From IMG/VR virus record IMGVR_UViG_3300020187_000022, positions 4,336-68,335 of that record: a DNA stretch of 64,000 nucleotides; one strand, 5' to 3'. The notes under the pieces are model-generated. The model had not been told where the DNA came from. It did not search any database and saw nothing but the letters and a program-made list of their open reading frames with translations. The first letter of the stretch is position 1. Every line of letters starts with the position of its first letter. The stretch is from a virus. The position numbers and the translations under genes were made by a program. Of this stretch, positions 9,509 to 19,614 are shown piece after piece.

Positions 9509-9791
9509 TGATTTTTTTACAATTAGGGCCTTGTTAAATGGTTCCTATGAAGATTTTCAAATTGCTATTTCCAATTTAGATAATTTAAAATTTGCTGATA
9601 AACGCATAGTTGACTTATTGTTAGCTAAATCTTTATCATTGGAGAAAAGAAGTAAGTTTATAAATTGCGGTACTGTAGAAGTTAAAGTTCGTGATCCCTT
9701 ATTAATAGGTATTAATCTTTTTAACTATATACAAGACCATGGTAATAGTAAATTGTACAAACAAATACTTTATAGAATAATGAATACTTAA
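9489..9791 (+). CDS. hypothetical protein sharing a helical motif with ORFs 12232 and 13278
   Basis: 100-aa ORF; ITIDDFFTIRALLNGSYEDFQIAISNL. Confidence 0.65.
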   Translation: MNKITIDDFFTIRALLNGSYEDFQIAISNLDNLKFADKRIVDLLLAKSLSLEKRSKFINCGTVEVKVRDPLLIGINLFNYIQDHGNSKLYKQILYRIMNT

Positions 9792-9795
9792 AGAA

Positions 9796-10956
9796 ATGAA
9801 TAACATACAAGACTTAGTTGCTAAAACAACTAAAGAATTAATTTTGACAGAGCCTTTTTATGGGCTCTTTTTAATTGGTATCAATAAGAAGTTTACTGAT
9901 CAAATTCCTACAGCAGGAGTTAGTAAAAATGGTATTGGTATGCAGTTGACTATAAACCCTGAGTTTTATACAAACTTAAATGATTTACACCGGCTTGGTT
10001 TAATTAAACATGAATTGTTACATATAGCTTTTGGTCATCTGTTGATGAGAGATCTATATAGTAATCATAAACTGTTTAACATAGCAGCTGATTTAGAAAT
10101 CAATCAATACATAGACAGCAGTAAATTACCTGAAGGCGGTTTATTATTATCTAGCTTTCCAGAATTAAATCTTCCTAAAAAGGCAGGGACAAAAGTTTAT
10201 TATAATCTTTTAGAACAAGCACAGGAAGACGGAACATCTCCTTCATTAGATAGCCTGATGAATAAGATGGATGGTGAATCTCAATATTGTCATGGTACAT
10301 GGGATGAGTTTGATGAATTATCTGAACCGGATAAGAAACTTTTGGAAAAGCAAGTTGAGCACCAGTTGAAAGATGCTGCTGAAACTACAGTTAAAAGACA
10401 GGGTAATATACCAGGTGAGTTTAAGGACATAATAGAAAGATTGTTTCATGTAGAGCCAGCTAAATTTGATTGGAAAAGTTATTTAAAAAGATTTGTTGGT
10501 AATTCTAGTGTAGTATATACTAAAAAGCTGAGACGTAAATACAATAAGCGTTATGCTGCTAACCCAGGTCTTAAGATTAAATTTAAGAATCATATTCTTG
10601 TTGGTGTTGACACTAGTGGATCTGTAAATAATGAAGAGCTAAAAGAATTTTTTAGTGAGCTTGCACATATGAGCAAGACGGGTCATAAAATTACTGTTGC
10701 ACAATGTGATACTAGTTTAAGAACAGTAGAAGAATTCAATCCAAAGAAAGATTGGGAAATACACGGTCGTGGTGGGACATCATTCCAACCAGTTATTGAT
10801 CATTATAATGAAAAAGGGTCATACACGGCACTTATATACCTAACAGATGGTGAAGCTTATGCACCAGATAACTGTCCTAAAAACACATTGTGGTGTTTAA
10901 GTAGTATATCTGAAATAAATAATGAGTTACCAGGACTAGTAATAAAATTAAATTAA
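9796..10956 (+). CDS. metallopeptidase-vWA protein (DUF2201-like)
   Basis: HELLH zincin motif, NIAADLEIN, DTSGS MIDAS, GRGGT and YLTDG. Confidence 0.9.
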   Translation: MNNIQDLVAKTTKELILTEPFYGLFLIGINKKFTDQIPTAGVSKNGIGMQLTINPEFYTNLNDLHRLGLIKHELLHIAFGHLLMRDLYSNHKLFNIAADLEINQYIDSSKLPEGGLLLSSFPELNLPKKAGTKVYYNLLEQAQEDGTSPSLDSLMNKMDGESQYCHGTWDEFDELSEPDKKLLEKQVEHQLKDAAETTVKRQGNIPGEFKDIIERLFHVEPAKFDWKSYLKRFVGNSSVVYTKKLRRKYNKRYAANPGLKIKFKNHILVGVDTSGSVNNEELKEFFSELAHMSKTGHKITVAQCDTSLRTVEEFNPKKDWEIHGRGGTSFQPVIDHYNEKGSYTALIYLTDGEAYAPDNCPKNTLWCLSSISEINNELPGLVIKLN

Positions 10957-10961
10957 TAAAG

Positions 10962-12230
10962 ATGGCACAAGTAAATTTAAATGTAACAGAATTAAAAGGG
11001 TTTGTAAATCACATAATTACAAACAACAGGTACCTACAGGCTAATGGAAAAAGCCCTGTATCTGTAGAAGTAGTAGGGGAATCAGGTATTGGAAAGACTT
11101 CAACAATTGTAGAATTAGCTGAAGAAAACAAATTAAAATTTGTAAAACTAAACTTAGCTCAGATAGAAGAGCTTGGTGATTTAGTAGGATTTCCCGTCCG
11201 TCAGTTTCAGATGTATAAAGAAAAGACTGTAACGCCTAAAAAGTTAGATGATTTAACTTATACAGCAGCACAAAGATCTGCCGCCGCAGCTGATTTAGCT
11301 AAAATGACACCCGTTACTAAAAAAGTAGGTATGTGGGTTGATGAGTTAGCAGTGCAAGAGTATCTTAAGAATGGATACAAGATGACCGGTAAAAATAGAA
11401 TGTCTTACTGTGCTCCTGAATGGATTGCAGATGCAAAGGCCGGTGGTATCTTATTACTGGATGACTGGAACCGTGCAGATACAAGATTTATTCAAGCAGT
11501 TATGGAATTGATTGATAGACAATCTTATATATCGTGGACATTACCAAAAGATTGGCACATAATGTTAACAGCAAACCCTGATAACGGTGACTATATGGTT
11601 AACTCTGTGGATTCAGCACAGAAAACTAGATACGTGACCGCAAACCTCAAGTTTGATGTTGATGTGTGGGCACAATGGGCAGAAGGTGCAGGAATTGATA
11701 CTAGATGTATTAACTTTCTGTTACTTCACCCTGAACTAGTAACACAAGAAACTAATGCAAGATCTATTACAACGTTTTTTAACTCTATCTCTAGTTTTGA
11801 TAGCTTTGAAAATAACTTATCACTAATCCAAATGATTGGTGAGGGTTCTGTAGGAGATGCGTTTGCTTCTATGTTTACTACATTTATTAATAACAAACTG
11901 GATAAACTAGTTACTCCAAAGGATTTGTTGACTCATGAAAATGAATCATATATCTTAGGAGAGCTGAGAAGTTGTATTGGTGATGATGATTCATATCGTG
12001 CAGATATTGCATCAACGCTAGCAACACGTTTAGCTAACTTTTCTGTTGTTTACTCTAAGGAGAAGACAGTTAATCAAAAAATTACTGATAGGTTGATAAG
12101 TTTATGTACAAAAGATTATTTTACTAATGATCTTAAGTATTTAATTGTACGTACAATCTTTAATGGTAATAAGCAAAAGTTTAACAAGATGATGATGAAT
12201 CCAGAGATCATTAAAATGACAATGAAATAA
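10962..12230 (+). CDS. MoxR-like AAA+ ATPase
   Basis: GESGIGKT, GDLVGFP, LLLDDWNRA and TANP; adjacent to the vWA gene. Confidence 0.85.
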   Translation: MAQVNLNVTELKGFVNHIITNNRYLQANGKSPVSVEVVGESGIGKTSTIVELAEENKLKFVKLNLAQIEELGDLVGFPVRQFQMYKEKTVTPKKLDDLTYTAAQRSAAAADLAKMTPVTKKVGMWVDELAVQEYLKNGYKMTGKNRMSYCAPEWIADAKAGGILLLDDWNRADTRFIQAVMELIDRQSYISWTLPKDWHIMLTANPDNGDYMVNSVDSAQKTRYVTANLKFDVDVWAQWAEGAGIDTRCINFLLLHPELVTQETNARSITTFFNSISSFDSFENNLSLIQMIGEGSVGDAFASMFTTFINNKLDKLVTPKDLLTHENESYILGELRSCIGDDDSYRADIASTLATRLANFSVVYSKEKTVNQKITDRLISLCTKDYFTNDLKYLIVRTIFNGNKQKFNKMMMNPEIIKMTMK

Positions 12231-12231
12231 T

Positions 12232-13281
12232 ATGGCAAATAAATCAGTATATCAAAATTATGATACTGATGCATTAAACCACTTTGATTTAGCAGCAGCT
12301 CCTTTGTATGGAGTTGTTGCTGGATCTATTGTGGAAGATGTATTAGTTACTCAAGACAAAACAACATATGAAAATATAGAGCGCATATTAAGTGTTCCTA
12401 ATGAATCAGATATTACATTTAAAACCAAGAAGAAAGCTTTTATATTACCTAAGTGTAGTGTATCTCAAGATAGATTAAAAGCAGCTCTTAAAGAACACGG
12501 TATAACTGTAACTAATGATTATGAAAAAGCAGATTTAATAATTGGTCATGAAGATATATCTTATAATTATCAAAACGGAGAAAATATACTAACTAGTATA
12601 ATGCTTTGCAAGCTTTGGAATTATGAAACAACAAACGGTTCTGGCTTAGCTAATAGTAATACACATATAGGCACACTATTATCTCATCATAAGAATGCAG
12701 TAGTAGTTACACAAAAAATTACTGATGTAATAAGATACTATGATTTAGATATAGAAACTAACCTTTATGATTCTTGGATGATAACAGGTATGGCTATAAA
12801 TTTAGCATATAGAATTCATTCTGGTTTAGCTGGAGTAATAGATCCTGAAACCGTATTGCATAGTTCTGCAAACAAAATGGTAATGGATGAGTCTTTACTA
12901 AAAGATCTTAAGACACAATTAAATGCATATGGTGATGATAAAGCTTTGGCTCTTAAAATTATACCTACAATAGATTATACAAAAAACTATCACTTATTGT
13001 GGCAGTTTGCTCAAGATTGTAGTATGATAACTTATGCTGATAACAAGGATAAAGATTTAAAGTATTGGATTAAAATTTCCAGGTTTAATTTGTTTGAAAG
13101 AAAGAGTGCACAAGGAATGATACTTTGGTTAGAAGAGAATAAAAAACTTTGTAATACAACTTTTAGATATTTAGAGCCCATAGTAAGAAAGGAAATAAGT
13201 ATTAATAATAGAGATCTTTATACATTTAAGGTTGCTGTTAAAAAAGAGTATCAAAAATATTTAACAAAAGAAAAAATATGA
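12232..13281 (+). CDS. hypothetical protein with BRCT-like segment
   Basis: KKAFILPKCSVSQDRLKAALKEHGITVTNDYEKADLIIG. The BRCT call is by eye. Confidence 0.55.
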   Translation: MANKSVYQNYDTDALNHFDLAAAPLYGVVAGSIVEDVLVTQDKTTYENIERILSVPNESDITFKTKKKAFILPKCSVSQDRLKAALKEHGITVTNDYEKADLIIGHEDISYNYQNGENILTSIMLCKLWNYETTNGSGLANSNTHIGTLLSHHKNAVVVTQKITDVIRYYDLDIETNLYDSWMITGMAINLAYRIHSGLAGVIDPETVLHSSANKMVMDESLLKDLKTQLNAYGDDKALALKIIPTIDYTKNYHLLWQFAQDCSMITYADNKDKDLKYWIKISRFNLFERKSAQGMILWLEENKKLCNTTFRYLEPIVRKEISINNRDLYTFKVAVKKEYQKYLTKEKI

Positions 13282-14447
13282 AATCAAAATATACAATATC
13301 AATAGATGTTAATCCTGAAGAAATTAATGGACACGTTCCAGAATATAGAGTAACTGGGAATAGGATCAGTTGTAATGATACTGATTCAAAATGGTTATCT
13401 TCTACAGACAATTGGAATATAACAAATAAGGATTTGATTGGTTTAGGATTTAAGAATTTTAGTTTAGATACTGAAGATAACATTGATTTACAGGATAAGA
13501 AACTATATAGATATCCTAAGTTAGATCTACCCAGACAAAAGGTAGATTTACTTAAAGATAAATTTAATTGTAAAGTTATACGTGATCGTAAGAAAGCAGA
13601 TATACATGTAATATCTTTTAAGTTTTTAGATGATCTTATAACAACAGATTGGGGAAGTAGTATAGATTTTTCTTCAGCATTTCAACTGTTTAAATTTATG
13701 AAAACAGAAAATCTAATAACTCCTTGTGGTTTAGATAAAGTAAAAGAAATTGTTTCTGAGATACCCCATGACTCTAAGATTGTTTTACAGATTCGCTACT
13801 ATAATAGAAGAAATGATCAAAAATCTGATGACATACATACCCTAATAAGGGATTATACTGATTCTATAAACACAAAAAATCAGTATAATAGAGATTATGT
13901 AGTAAAAACACCTGCGGTTCCTATTTATAATAGTATTTTAAATTGTCAAGCTCAAATTGTTACAGATATTGATATTTGTAATATAATTGATCAGGACCTA
14001 GCAGTGTTAGATACAAGTCAATATAAGACTATTCACTCTATGATTATTAGTAATGACATAGATAATAGAAGTTTAGCTTTAGAAATGTTATCTAATTGCA
14101 ATATTAATAAATCCTTTGATGTAGTATCTAGTTTATACTATTGGAATTGGGACTGGTTAAAATCCACTAACAATTGGAATACTGTTAACGTAAAGGCATT
14201 TAGAAAAAGAATGAAGTCATATGAAGGTGGTCGTTGTACTACATCAATATATTCATTTAATAATTACATTCAGAAGCTTATAGATGATAATAAACTTACG
14301 CAATATGCAGTAGATGAAACTAGAAAAAAGTTACATTCTACATTATTAGATAGTTTAATTGGTAAAGGCTCTGATGTTTTTAAAGTAGACCTTGACTCTT
14401 TACACCTTTCAGAAAATTTAAATAACAAAATTTTAATAAATGATTAG
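13278..14447 (+). CDS. hypothetical protein with BRCT-like segment (paralog of the previous gene)
   Basis: KKLYRYPKLDLPRQKVDLLKDKFNCKVIRDRKKADIHVIS. Confidence 0.55.
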   Translation: MKSKYTISIDVNPEEINGHVPEYRVTGNRISCNDTDSKWLSSTDNWNITNKDLIGLGFKNFSLDTEDNIDLQDKKLYRYPKLDLPRQKVDLLKDKFNCKVIRDRKKADIHVISFKFLDDLITTDWGSSIDFSSAFQLFKFMKTENLITPCGLDKVKEIVSEIPHDSKIVLQIRYYNRRNDQKSDDIHTLIRDYTDSINTKNQYNRDYVVKTPAVPIYNSILNCQAQIVTDIDICNIIDQDLAVLDTSQYKTIHSMIISNDIDNRSLALEMLSNCNINKSFDVVSSLYYWNWDWLKSTNNWNTVNVKAFRKRMKSYEGGRCTTSIYSFNNYIQKLIDDNKLTQYAVDETRKKLHSTLLDSLIGKGSDVFKVDLDSLHLSENLNNKILIND

Positions 14448-15429
14448 AAATAAAGAAAAGGAAGATCTGTTTTATGCAAAGAAAGATTTTTGCTTTAGCT
14501 ATTCTTCCTTAAACAAATTATTGTTTTCACCATCCTTATTTTATAAGGAATATATATTATTTGACCGTGAGGTTAGAACAGATAAGCATTTAGTAGAAGG
14601 TAAACTTGTACATTGTTTATTGTTTGAACCTGAAAACGTTAAGGAGAAGTTTAGTATAACACCAGGTAAAGCACCTTCTGATAGTGTAAGAAAAGTACTA
14701 AAAGACATGTCTTTACATACTGATGCAAAAAAGTTATTTGATGTTCCATCTGAAATAGTATTGAGTTCACTTAAAGAAATGAATTTGTATCAGTCTCTTA
14801 AGACAGATGAGCAGCGCATTGTTAAGATTATAAAAGATGAGTTTGAACCTTACTGGGAATTCTTATCTAATACTAATGTAGATGTTATTGATCAAGATAC
14901 TTTAACAAAGTGTGAAGAGAAGGTAGAAGCTATCAGAGAAAACAAGGATGTTCTTGCTTTATTTGAGCAGCAGCAAAGTGATTTTGAATTAGATCCTATA
15001 GAAACACATGCAGAGAAGTACTTAAAGTCTGAGTTAAAAGATAAGGACTTTGGCCTGCATGGTTATATAGATTTCTATAAGATAGATCATGAAAAGTTTG
15101 AGGTAACAATTTGTGACCTTAAAACAACAAGCAAAACAATCTCTGACTTTAAAGACACTGTGGACTTTTATAATTACTGGTTGCAAGCTGCTATTTATAT
15201 GAAGTTAGTTTATGACACACTAGGTGAAAATGCTGAGAAATATACAATAACGTTTAAATTTGTAGTAATTGATACATACAAACAAGTGTATGTATTTGAT
15301 GTAACTCAGGAGACTATGGATGCATGGGTATCTGGTTTAGAAGGTGTTATAAAAGTAGGTGCTCATCATTATGATAAAAGAAATTATCAATTACCTTATG
15401 ATTTCTTGACAGGAAACATTAAATTGTAG
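14440..15429 (+). CDS. PD-(D/E)XK exonuclease (RecE/ExoVIII-like)
   Basis: SYSSL, GKLVH, GYIDF...DLKTT and YWLQAAIY. Confidence 0.85.
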   Translation: MIRNKEKEDLFYAKKDFCFSYSSLNKLLFSPSLFYKEYILFDREVRTDKHLVEGKLVHCLLFEPENVKEKFSITPGKAPSDSVRKVLKDMSLHTDAKKLFDVPSEIVLSSLKEMNLYQSLKTDEQRIVKIIKDEFEPYWEFLSNTNVDVIDQDTLTKCEEKVEAIRENKDVLALFEQQQSDFELDPIETHAEKYLKSELKDKDFGLHGYIDFYKIDHEKFEVTICDLKTTSKTISDFKDTVDFYNYWLQAAIYMKLVYDTLGENAEKYTITFKFVVIDTYKQVYVFDVTQETMDAWVSGLEGVIKVGAHHYDKRNYQLPYDFLTGNIKL

Positions 15430-15430
15430 T

Positions 15431-16009
15431 ATGAGTGATGTATATACAGATTATTTTCAGAAGAGTAAAGTGTTTCTTTATCCTCTGTTGAAATTAAAAA
15501 AAGGTATTAAATATGTTCCTATACAAACTTATGTTTGTTGGGAGCATGTTTATACTTCTGGAGAATACAAATTACTATGTGAATACCATGCTAAATCAGG
15601 AAAAGGATTTAAAGAATTTTGTGATAGATATTTAACGTGTCATATATTCTTTGAAAAACACTTAGATATTGGAGAAAACAAACATATTTTTATATTCAAT
15701 TTATCTCCTCATAAAAATGATTTTGTTAGGTTTTTAAATGGTAAATATTCTCAATTTAGTCTTGACAGTAAATTAACAATATTAGATTTTTTTAATTCAT
15801 CAGGTAAGATGTTAAACTATGTACAATCTTTCTTATCTCCAGATAGTGCACATGAAGATTATGCTGTTGCATTTGGTGTAGATAAAGAATTAATTGAAGA
15901 AATCTATGAAGTGTGTAGCTTACCAGATATGGAAAAAGAAACATTTCATAAAGATAATGAAATATTAAATTGTCTATTAACAAAGAACTCCATATATTTG
16001 GAAAAATAA
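15431..16009 (+). CDS. hypothetical protein
   Basis: 192-aa ORF coupled to the exonuclease. Confidence 0.7.
   Translation: MSDVYTDYFQKSKVFLYPLLKLKKGIKYVPIQTYVCWEHVYTSGEYKLLCEYHAKSGKGFKEFCDRYLTCHIFFEKHLDIGENKHIFIFNLSPHKNDFVRFLNGKYSQFSLDSKLTILDFFNSSGKMLNYVQSFLSPDSAHEDYAVAFGVDKELIEEIYEVCSLPDMEKETFHKDNEILNCLLTKNSIYLEK
15970..16000 (+). promoter_or_regulatory. Bacteroidota sigma-A-type promoter
   Basis: TTG(15970-15972)-N20-TATATTTG(15993-16000), upstream of ATG 16020. Confidence 0.6.
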
Positions 16010-16019
16010 AAAAACAATT

Positions 16020-16439
16020 ATGTCACAAACTATTGGACAAAATATGATGTTAGTAAATTCTAGTTTTAGAAATGCTAAATCATTTACATTAATTCCTGTG
16101 AGCAACGACTCACCATACGTAGAAGCTATGTTTGACCCAACGTCAAGTATTTTAGCTGTAATTAGTAAGGTTATGAAACAATCTTACCATATGGTTCCTA
16201 AATTAGATGATGAAGGGCAACCTATAAGATTAAAAAATCCTAATCAACAAACTGGTAAAACAGTTAAAGAAGAAAGAAGATTGGTTGACACCTTTTCTGA
16301 GTTTTATTTATCTGACAGACAAGATATTGAAACATTTATTCACATGTTTGCAGTTAATGCTGCTAGTTTTGACTTAGAGGAATTTTTTGTAGACTTACAA
16401 GAAACAAAAGTATCTAAACTTATATTACCTGGGCAATAG
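16020..16439 (+). CDS. hypothetical protein
   Basis: 139-aa ORF with its own promoter and terminator. Confidence 0.75.
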   Translation: MSQTIGQNMMLVNSSFRNAKSFTLIPVSNDSPYVEAMFDPTSSILAVISKVMKQSYHMVPKLDDEGQPIRLKNPNQQTGKTVKEERRLVDTFSEFYLSDRQDIETFIHMFAVNAASFDLEEFFVDLQETKVSKLILPGQ

Positions 16440-16474
16440 TTTTGAGAGAATAACACCTTATTGCCAATAAAAAG

Positions 16475-16501
16475 AAAACCTCATTGACGTGGGGTTTTTT
16501 T
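16475..16501 (+). terminator. intrinsic terminator
   Basis: AAAACCTCAT-TGAC-GTGGGGTTTT followed by a T run. Confidence 0.8.
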
Positions 16502-16522
16502 GGCTAAAAAAACTAGAAAAAC

Positions 16523-16855
16523 ATGGTAAAATTAAGTGATTCAGAAATAATGGATATAAATATCCTATTTGCTATGACCAAATGCATGGGTGAACTTGCA
16601 CACGGGTTACAGTATATACATACGCAACAAGTCAAACAAAAAATAAAACATGTTATTAGAACAGTTGACTTATATGAAAAGGAAATAGATAAGAAGTTAG
16701 AGCGTCAAGGATCTCAAGAAGCAGTAGAAAGCATCTATGATAGTATTATGGATTTAATATTGGAAGCTAAAGTAGTAGCACTTAAAAATTACAAAGATGG
16801 AAACACTATTACAAATGAGGGAGAGAATAATGGCCATAGCTCTGAAAAAACATAA
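16523..16855 (+). CDS. hypothetical protein
   Basis: 110-aa helical ORF. Confidence 0.65.
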   Translation: MVKLSDSEIMDINILFAMTKCMGELAHGLQYIHTQQVKQKIKHVIRTVDLYEKEIDKKLERQGSQEAVESIYDSIMDLILEAKVVALKNYKDGNTITNEGENNGHSSEKT

Positions 16856-16949
16856 GACTATAAGAGGCGCTGCAAAAGCTTTAGGTATTAACGAAAGAAC
16901 ACTACACACATTTAAAGACAAGATCAATTATAAAAAGCACAAAGAATGA
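16797..16949 (+). CDS. Fis-type HTH protein (50 aa)
   Basis: METLLQMRERIMAIALKKHKTIRGAAKALGINERTLHTFK...*. Stop overlaps the polB ATG (ATGA); missed by the ORF track. Confidence 0.7.
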   Translation: METLLQMRERIMAIALKKHKTIRGAAKALGINERTLHTFKDKINYKKHKE

Positions 16950-18937
16950 GACATTGGGTAATGGATTATGAGACTTTAGCTAATTGTTTTACCGGTGTAT
17001 TTGAACATTATAAAACTCAGGAAACTGAGATCTTTGTAATTCATGACCTGCAAAATGATTTAGTTAGTTTTATAAGTTTTCTTGAAGAAAACATAAATAA
17101 TAAAGAGTGGCATATATCTTACAATGGATTAGCATTTGATGCACAGGTTACTCACTATATATTAGATAATTACTATTTATGGAAAAACCTTGGTGGCTGT
17201 GAAGTAGCTGAGATAATTTATAAGTATGCACAACGTTGTATTCAAAAATCAAATAATAGAGAGTTTAGTGACTATCCACAGTGGAAAATGAGAATGGGTC
17301 AAATAGACATATTTAAAATGCACCACTGGGATAATATGGCTAAACGCTCTAGCTTGAAATGGATTCAGTATAGTATGGATTGGCAAAACATTATTGATAT
17401 GCCTATTCATCACGAAACTTTAATTCATACACAGGCAGAGATTGATACAATATTAAAGTATTGTGTTAATGATGTTAAGTCAACTAAAGAAATATATAAT
17501 AGATCTCATTCTCAAGTTAAGTTAAGAAAAGAACTTACTAAAGAGTATGGTATTAACTTGTATAGCGCATCTGAACCTCGTATAAGCAAAGAGATATTTG
17601 GCTATTTTCTTACAAAGAAGCTTAATATCCAAAAACGAGACCTTAAACAGATGAGGACTTACAGAAACACAATTAAAGTATCTGATATCATATTACCATA
17701 CATCTCTTTCACATCTCCAGAGTTTAAAGTATTACTTGATAGGTTTAAATCTTTGGAAGTTGATGCTTTAAACTTAAAAGGTAGTTTTAAATATGCATTG
17801 GATTACAAAGATGTTAAGACTCATTTTGGTTTAGGTGGTGTTCATGGTGCCGCTAGCAAAGGTGTTTATGAGCCTGATGATGATATGATGATTATGTCTT
17901 CAGATGTAACTAGTTTTTATCCTAATCTTGCAATTAAGAACCAGTGGTCACCAGGACATTTTCCAAAGAAAGAATTCTGTGATCAATATGAATGGTTTTT
18001 TGAAGAGCGTAAGAAGATACCTAAGAGCAATCCAATGAACTATGTATATAAGATTATACTTAATTCTACTTTTGGTCTTAGCAATGATGAAAAGAGCTTC
18101 TTCTATGATCCTGAGTTGTGTATGAGAATTACAATTAACGGTCAACTATCCTTAATGATGCTTTATGAGCAGATTATGGAAAGAATTCCGGGTGCTATTG
18201 CTTTGTTACAAAACACAGATGGTGTAGAAACAATTATACCTAAAGCGTTTTATAATGAGTATATGACTATTTGTGAGGAATGGGAAGATAAAACTAATCT
18301 TAACTTAGAACATGATCAATATCAGAAATTAATTTTAGGTGATGTAAATAATTACATTGGTATAAATGATTGGATTAATGTTGACATTACTAAGTGGAGA
18401 GAAGTTAAAGAGAATCAGCCTCACTATCTATTTAAGGTAGAGAATGATAAGTTTAGCTTTGCTCCTGTTAAGTTAAAAGGACGTTTTGATTTTCATAACC
18501 TACAGCTTCATAAAAACAAATCTAAATTAGTTATACCAAAAGCAATTTATCATTATTTTGTACATAATACTCTTCCTGAAGAATATTTAGAAACAAACAA
18601 AAACATACTTGATTATTGTATTGGTGGTAAATCTAAAGGAGATTGGAAACAAGTAGCTAGGAAAATTAAAGATGGTGTTTATCATGAAGAAGATTTACAA
18701 AAAATTAATAGGTATTATATATCTAAAAATGGTGTAAAGATTGTAAAGGTTAACAAAACTGATCAAAGAGAAATACAATTAGAGGCTGGACGGTGGCTAC
18801 AAGAAGTATTTAATGATATCAAAATTCAACCAAAATGGGAAAATTATGATATTGATAAAAAATATTACTTAGAAGCAATAGAGCAAGAAATCAATGGTAT
18901 AATAGATGTATCATCAAATCAATTAAAATTATTTTAA
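16946..18937 (+). CDS. polB: family B DNA polymerase
   Basis: DYET ExoI, YNG..FD ExoII, YC.ND ExoIII, DVTSFYPN, KIILNSTFG and NTDG. Confidence 0.95.
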   Translation: MRHWVMDYETLANCFTGVFEHYKTQETEIFVIHDLQNDLVSFISFLEENINNKEWHISYNGLAFDAQVTHYILDNYYLWKNLGGCEVAEIIYKYAQRCIQKSNNREFSDYPQWKMRMGQIDIFKMHHWDNMAKRSSLKWIQYSMDWQNIIDMPIHHETLIHTQAEIDTILKYCVNDVKSTKEIYNRSHSQVKLRKELTKEYGINLYSASEPRISKEIFGYFLTKKLNIQKRDLKQMRTYRNTIKVSDIILPYISFTSPEFKVLLDRFKSLEVDALNLKGSFKYALDYKDVKTHFGLGGVHGAASKGVYEPDDDMMIMSSDVTSFYPNLAIKNQWSPGHFPKKEFCDQYEWFFEERKKIPKSNPMNYVYKIILNSTFGLSNDEKSFFYDPELCMRITINGQLSLMMLYEQIMERIPGAIALLQNTDGVETIIPKAFYNEYMTICEEWEDKTNLNLEHDQYQKLILGDVNNYIGINDWINVDITKWREVKENQPHYLFKVENDKFSFAPVKLKGRFDFHNLQLHKNKSKLVIPKAIYHYFVHNTLPEEYLETNKNILDYCIGGKSKGDWKQVARKIKDGVYHEEDLQKINRYYISKNGVKIVKVNKTDQREIQLEAGRWLQEVFNDIKIQPKWENYDIDKKYYLEAIEQEINGIIDVSSNQLKLF

Positions 18938-18939
18938 AT

Positions 18940-19251
18940 ATGGATTATTTTGAATTAGAATGTGCAGTTGAAGAATGGGCACATGACAAAGGTATAATGT
19001 CTAAAGCTAGCCCTATGGCGCAAGCTTTGAAGACTTTAGAAGAATGTACAGAACTCTTAACTGCTATCAATAATGGAGATAGAGATGAGATAGAAGATGC
19101 TATAGGTGATATAGTTGTAACATTAATCATCCAAGCTAAAATGCAAAACGTTTCATTAGAAAGATGCTTAGAAAGCGCTTATAATGTTATTAGTAAACGC
19201 ACAGGTAAAATGATCAACGGGCAATTTGTTAAAAATGATAACAATAGTTGA
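18940..19251 (+). CDS. MazG-like nucleotide pyrophosphohydrolase
   Basis: KTLEECTEL...EDAIGD...AYNVISKRTGK. Confidence 0.85.
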   Translation: MDYFELECAVEEWAHDKGIMSKASPMAQALKTLEECTELLTAINNGDRDEIEDAIGDIVVTLIIQAKMQNVSLERCLESAYNVISKRTGKMINGQFVKNDNNS

Positions 19252-19573
19252 ATGGAAAAGTAAACAACAATTTGAATCTAAAAAATTAGCTTCAGAATAT
19301 TTTAAAATACCAGTATGGCTTATTAATAAAAGCATTAAAGGAAGATGTCAAGTGTCTTATGAAAAAGGCACTTACAGATTTCAAGAATCAAGAATTCAGA
19401 CTGGTCTAACAAAAACATTAAATGTTAAAACTACAGATGTAATACCATTTGGTAAACATAAAGGTAAAAAACCTGAAGACGTACCATTAGGATATTTAAT
19501 CTGGATGTATAAAAAAACAGATTGCCCAAGTTGTGTTTTAAAAGCATTAAAAGAAGTCAAAAACTTGTTTTAA
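19235..19573 (+). CDS. NUMOD1-like HTH fused to a DUF3820/ExoX-C-like domain
   Basis: FESKKLASEYFKI...INKSIKG and IPFGKHKGK..EDVPLGYLIWM. Confidence 0.55.
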   Translation: MITIVEWKSKQQFESKKLASEYFKIPVWLINKSIKGRCQVSYEKGTYRFQESRIQTGLTKTLNVKTTDVIPFGKHKGKKPEDVPLGYLIWMYKKTDCPSCVLKALKEVKNLF

Positions 19574-19614
19574 TTGTTATAATGAATTACCTTTACACTT
19601 TAAAAGTTTAAACT

